A stretch of 59,451 nt of DNA, counting the filler. It is 4 parts of 4 records of this genome, joined end to end, with 100 filler letters (N's around TTAATTAATTAA, not from the genome) between each part and the next. Parts side by side here need not be neighbours in the genome. Positions count along the whole stretch, not along the records: positions 45,306 to 59,451 come from SRR31156797_5890; 3 more parts are not named here. One strand, written 5' to 3'. The position numbers and the translations under genes are program-made. The notes below the pieces were generated by a model that did not search any database, was not told the DNA's origin, and saw only the letters and a program-made list of their open reading frames with translations. This document shows positions 58,580-59,451 of this stretch, one piece after another (positions within the stretch are counted from its first letter, which is position 1; each line of letters starts with the position of its first letter).

Positions 58580-59425
58580 ATGAAATCAAAGTCCATTATC
58601 CAGACTTTTTTGATTGCCGCCGCATTTGGTTTAGTGTACTGGTCGACTTTAAGAGACCTCATAGGAGATTGGTTTAATGATCCCAATTTTTCCCATGGCT
58701 TTCTTATTCCCTTTGTTGCCGGCTATATGGTCTGGTATCGCCAGAATTATTTGCGTCAGATTCCATGCAAATCATCAATGTCAGGTATTTTTATCATTAT
58801 TTTCGGTATGATAGTATATATGGCGGGCAGTCTTGGCGCAGAGTTTTTTTTAATGCGGACTTCCATGATCATCTCTCTGGCCGGCATCATAGCGTTCAGC
58901 TTTGGGACGGCCATGCTCAAAGCAGTTGCTGTGCCGTTGTGCTATCTAATCATGATGATTCCCATTCCAGCCATTATCTGGAACAAAATCGCTTTTCCCC
59001 TTCAGCTTTTTGCTGCCGGGATTTCTTCGGAAACAATCAGCATGATCGGCATCCCGGTGTTCAGGGAGGGCAATATCCTTCACCTGGCCAATACCTCCCT
59101 GGAAGTTGTGGACGCCTGCTCGGGAATTCGCTCATTGACTTCTCTGCTGGCATTAACCGGAGCGTTTGCATTTTTATCCCATGTCAACCAGTGGAAAAAA
59201 TGGGTGATATTTTTATCCGCCATTCCCATTGCCGTTGCAGTAAACGTTGTCAGGCTGACCATCACCGGCATGCTGGCTGCCTGGGTGGGCCCGGATGCGG
59301 CCCATGGATTTCTTCATGACATGTCCGGCTTAATTGTCTTTGGCATAGCCCTTGTTCTGGTTTATCTTTTATTTATTTTATTAAAGAAAATTGAAAAAAA
59401 AAACCACAATACTTCTGACAATTGA
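58580..59425 (+). CDS. Exosortase (EpsH family)
   Basis: FSHGFLIP, catalytic VVDACSGIRS (Cys), NVVRL (Arg) and FLHD (His); ATG at 58580 preferred. Confidence 0.93.
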   Translation: MKSKSIIQTFLIAAAFGLVYWSTLRDLIGDWFNDPNFSHGFLIPFVAGYMVWYRQNYLRQIPCKSSMSGIFIIIFGMIVYMAGSLGAEFFLMRTSMIISLAGIIAFSFGTAMLKAVAVPLCYLIMMIPIPAIIWNKIAFPLQLFAAGISSETISMIGIPVFREGNILHLANTSLEVVDACSGIRSLTSLLALTGAFAFLSHVNQWKKWVIFLSAIPIAVAVNVVRLTITGMLAAWVGPDAAHGFLHDMSGLIVFGIALVLVYLLFILLKKIEKKNHNTSDN

Positions 59426-59451
59426 TGTAGAAGACTGGTTCCAGGTTGAAA
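59391..59451 (+). CDS. Start of a PEP-CTERM-locus polysaccharide deacetylase, truncated by the window end
   Basis: TTG start gives MKKKTTILLTIDVEDWFQVE; TIDVEDWFQV is the characteristic N-terminal motif. Not in the ORF track. Confidence 0.8.
   Translation, partial: MKKKTTILLTIDVEDWFQVE

Noticed and set aside
58765-59319. 184-aa alternative-frame ORF inside the exosortase gene, and other short overlapping or antisense ORFs in the track
   Set aside because: Shadow frames of well-supported genes with no recognisable motifs.
1-59451. CRISPR arrays, tRNA/rRNA genes, prophage or transposase genes
   Set aside because: None recognised by eye: no regularly spaced direct repeats and no matching ORFs.

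Overview
The window is not one locus. It is four unrelated contigs joined by identical 100-nt linkers (N44-TTAATTAATTAA-N44 at 12216-12315, 21774-21873 and 45206-45305). Contig 1 (1-12215, Bacteroidota-like) has a GntR/UTRA regulator divergent from an eight-gene cluster. The cluster joins a 2-oxoacid/acetoin-dehydrogenase-type complex (E2, E3, fused E1 alpha-beta) to polyol/ketose-phosphate enzymes (PHP protein, SrlD-like SDR, HAD phosphatase, SorE-like MDR, second SDR). Contig 2 (12316-21773, very AT-rich, Campylobacterota/Arcobacter-like) has trpA (partial), a Bpt/ATE transferase, feoAB with a Fur box, fur, a flavodoxin, a diheme cytochrome c peroxidase-like gene abutting a membrane PAS-PAS-GGDEF-EAL gene, and a partial GGDEF gene. 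Contig 3 (21874-45205, Bacteroidota) has a cobalamin riboswitch, sdhCAB, rubrerythrin, DUF418, a gatE-gatD pair of the normally archaeal Glu-tRNA(Gln) amidotransferase, a T9SS-secreted EEP nuclease, ruvA-sprA and a two-component system. Contig 4 (45306-59451, Desulfobacterota-like) is a PEP-CTERM/exosortase exopolysaccharide locus. The best candidates for undescribed biology are the bacterial GatDE, the dehydrogenase-complex/polyol cluster with its operator motif, and the peroxidase-like/c-di-GMP pair. Taxonomic labels and family names come from motif recognition, not database searches.
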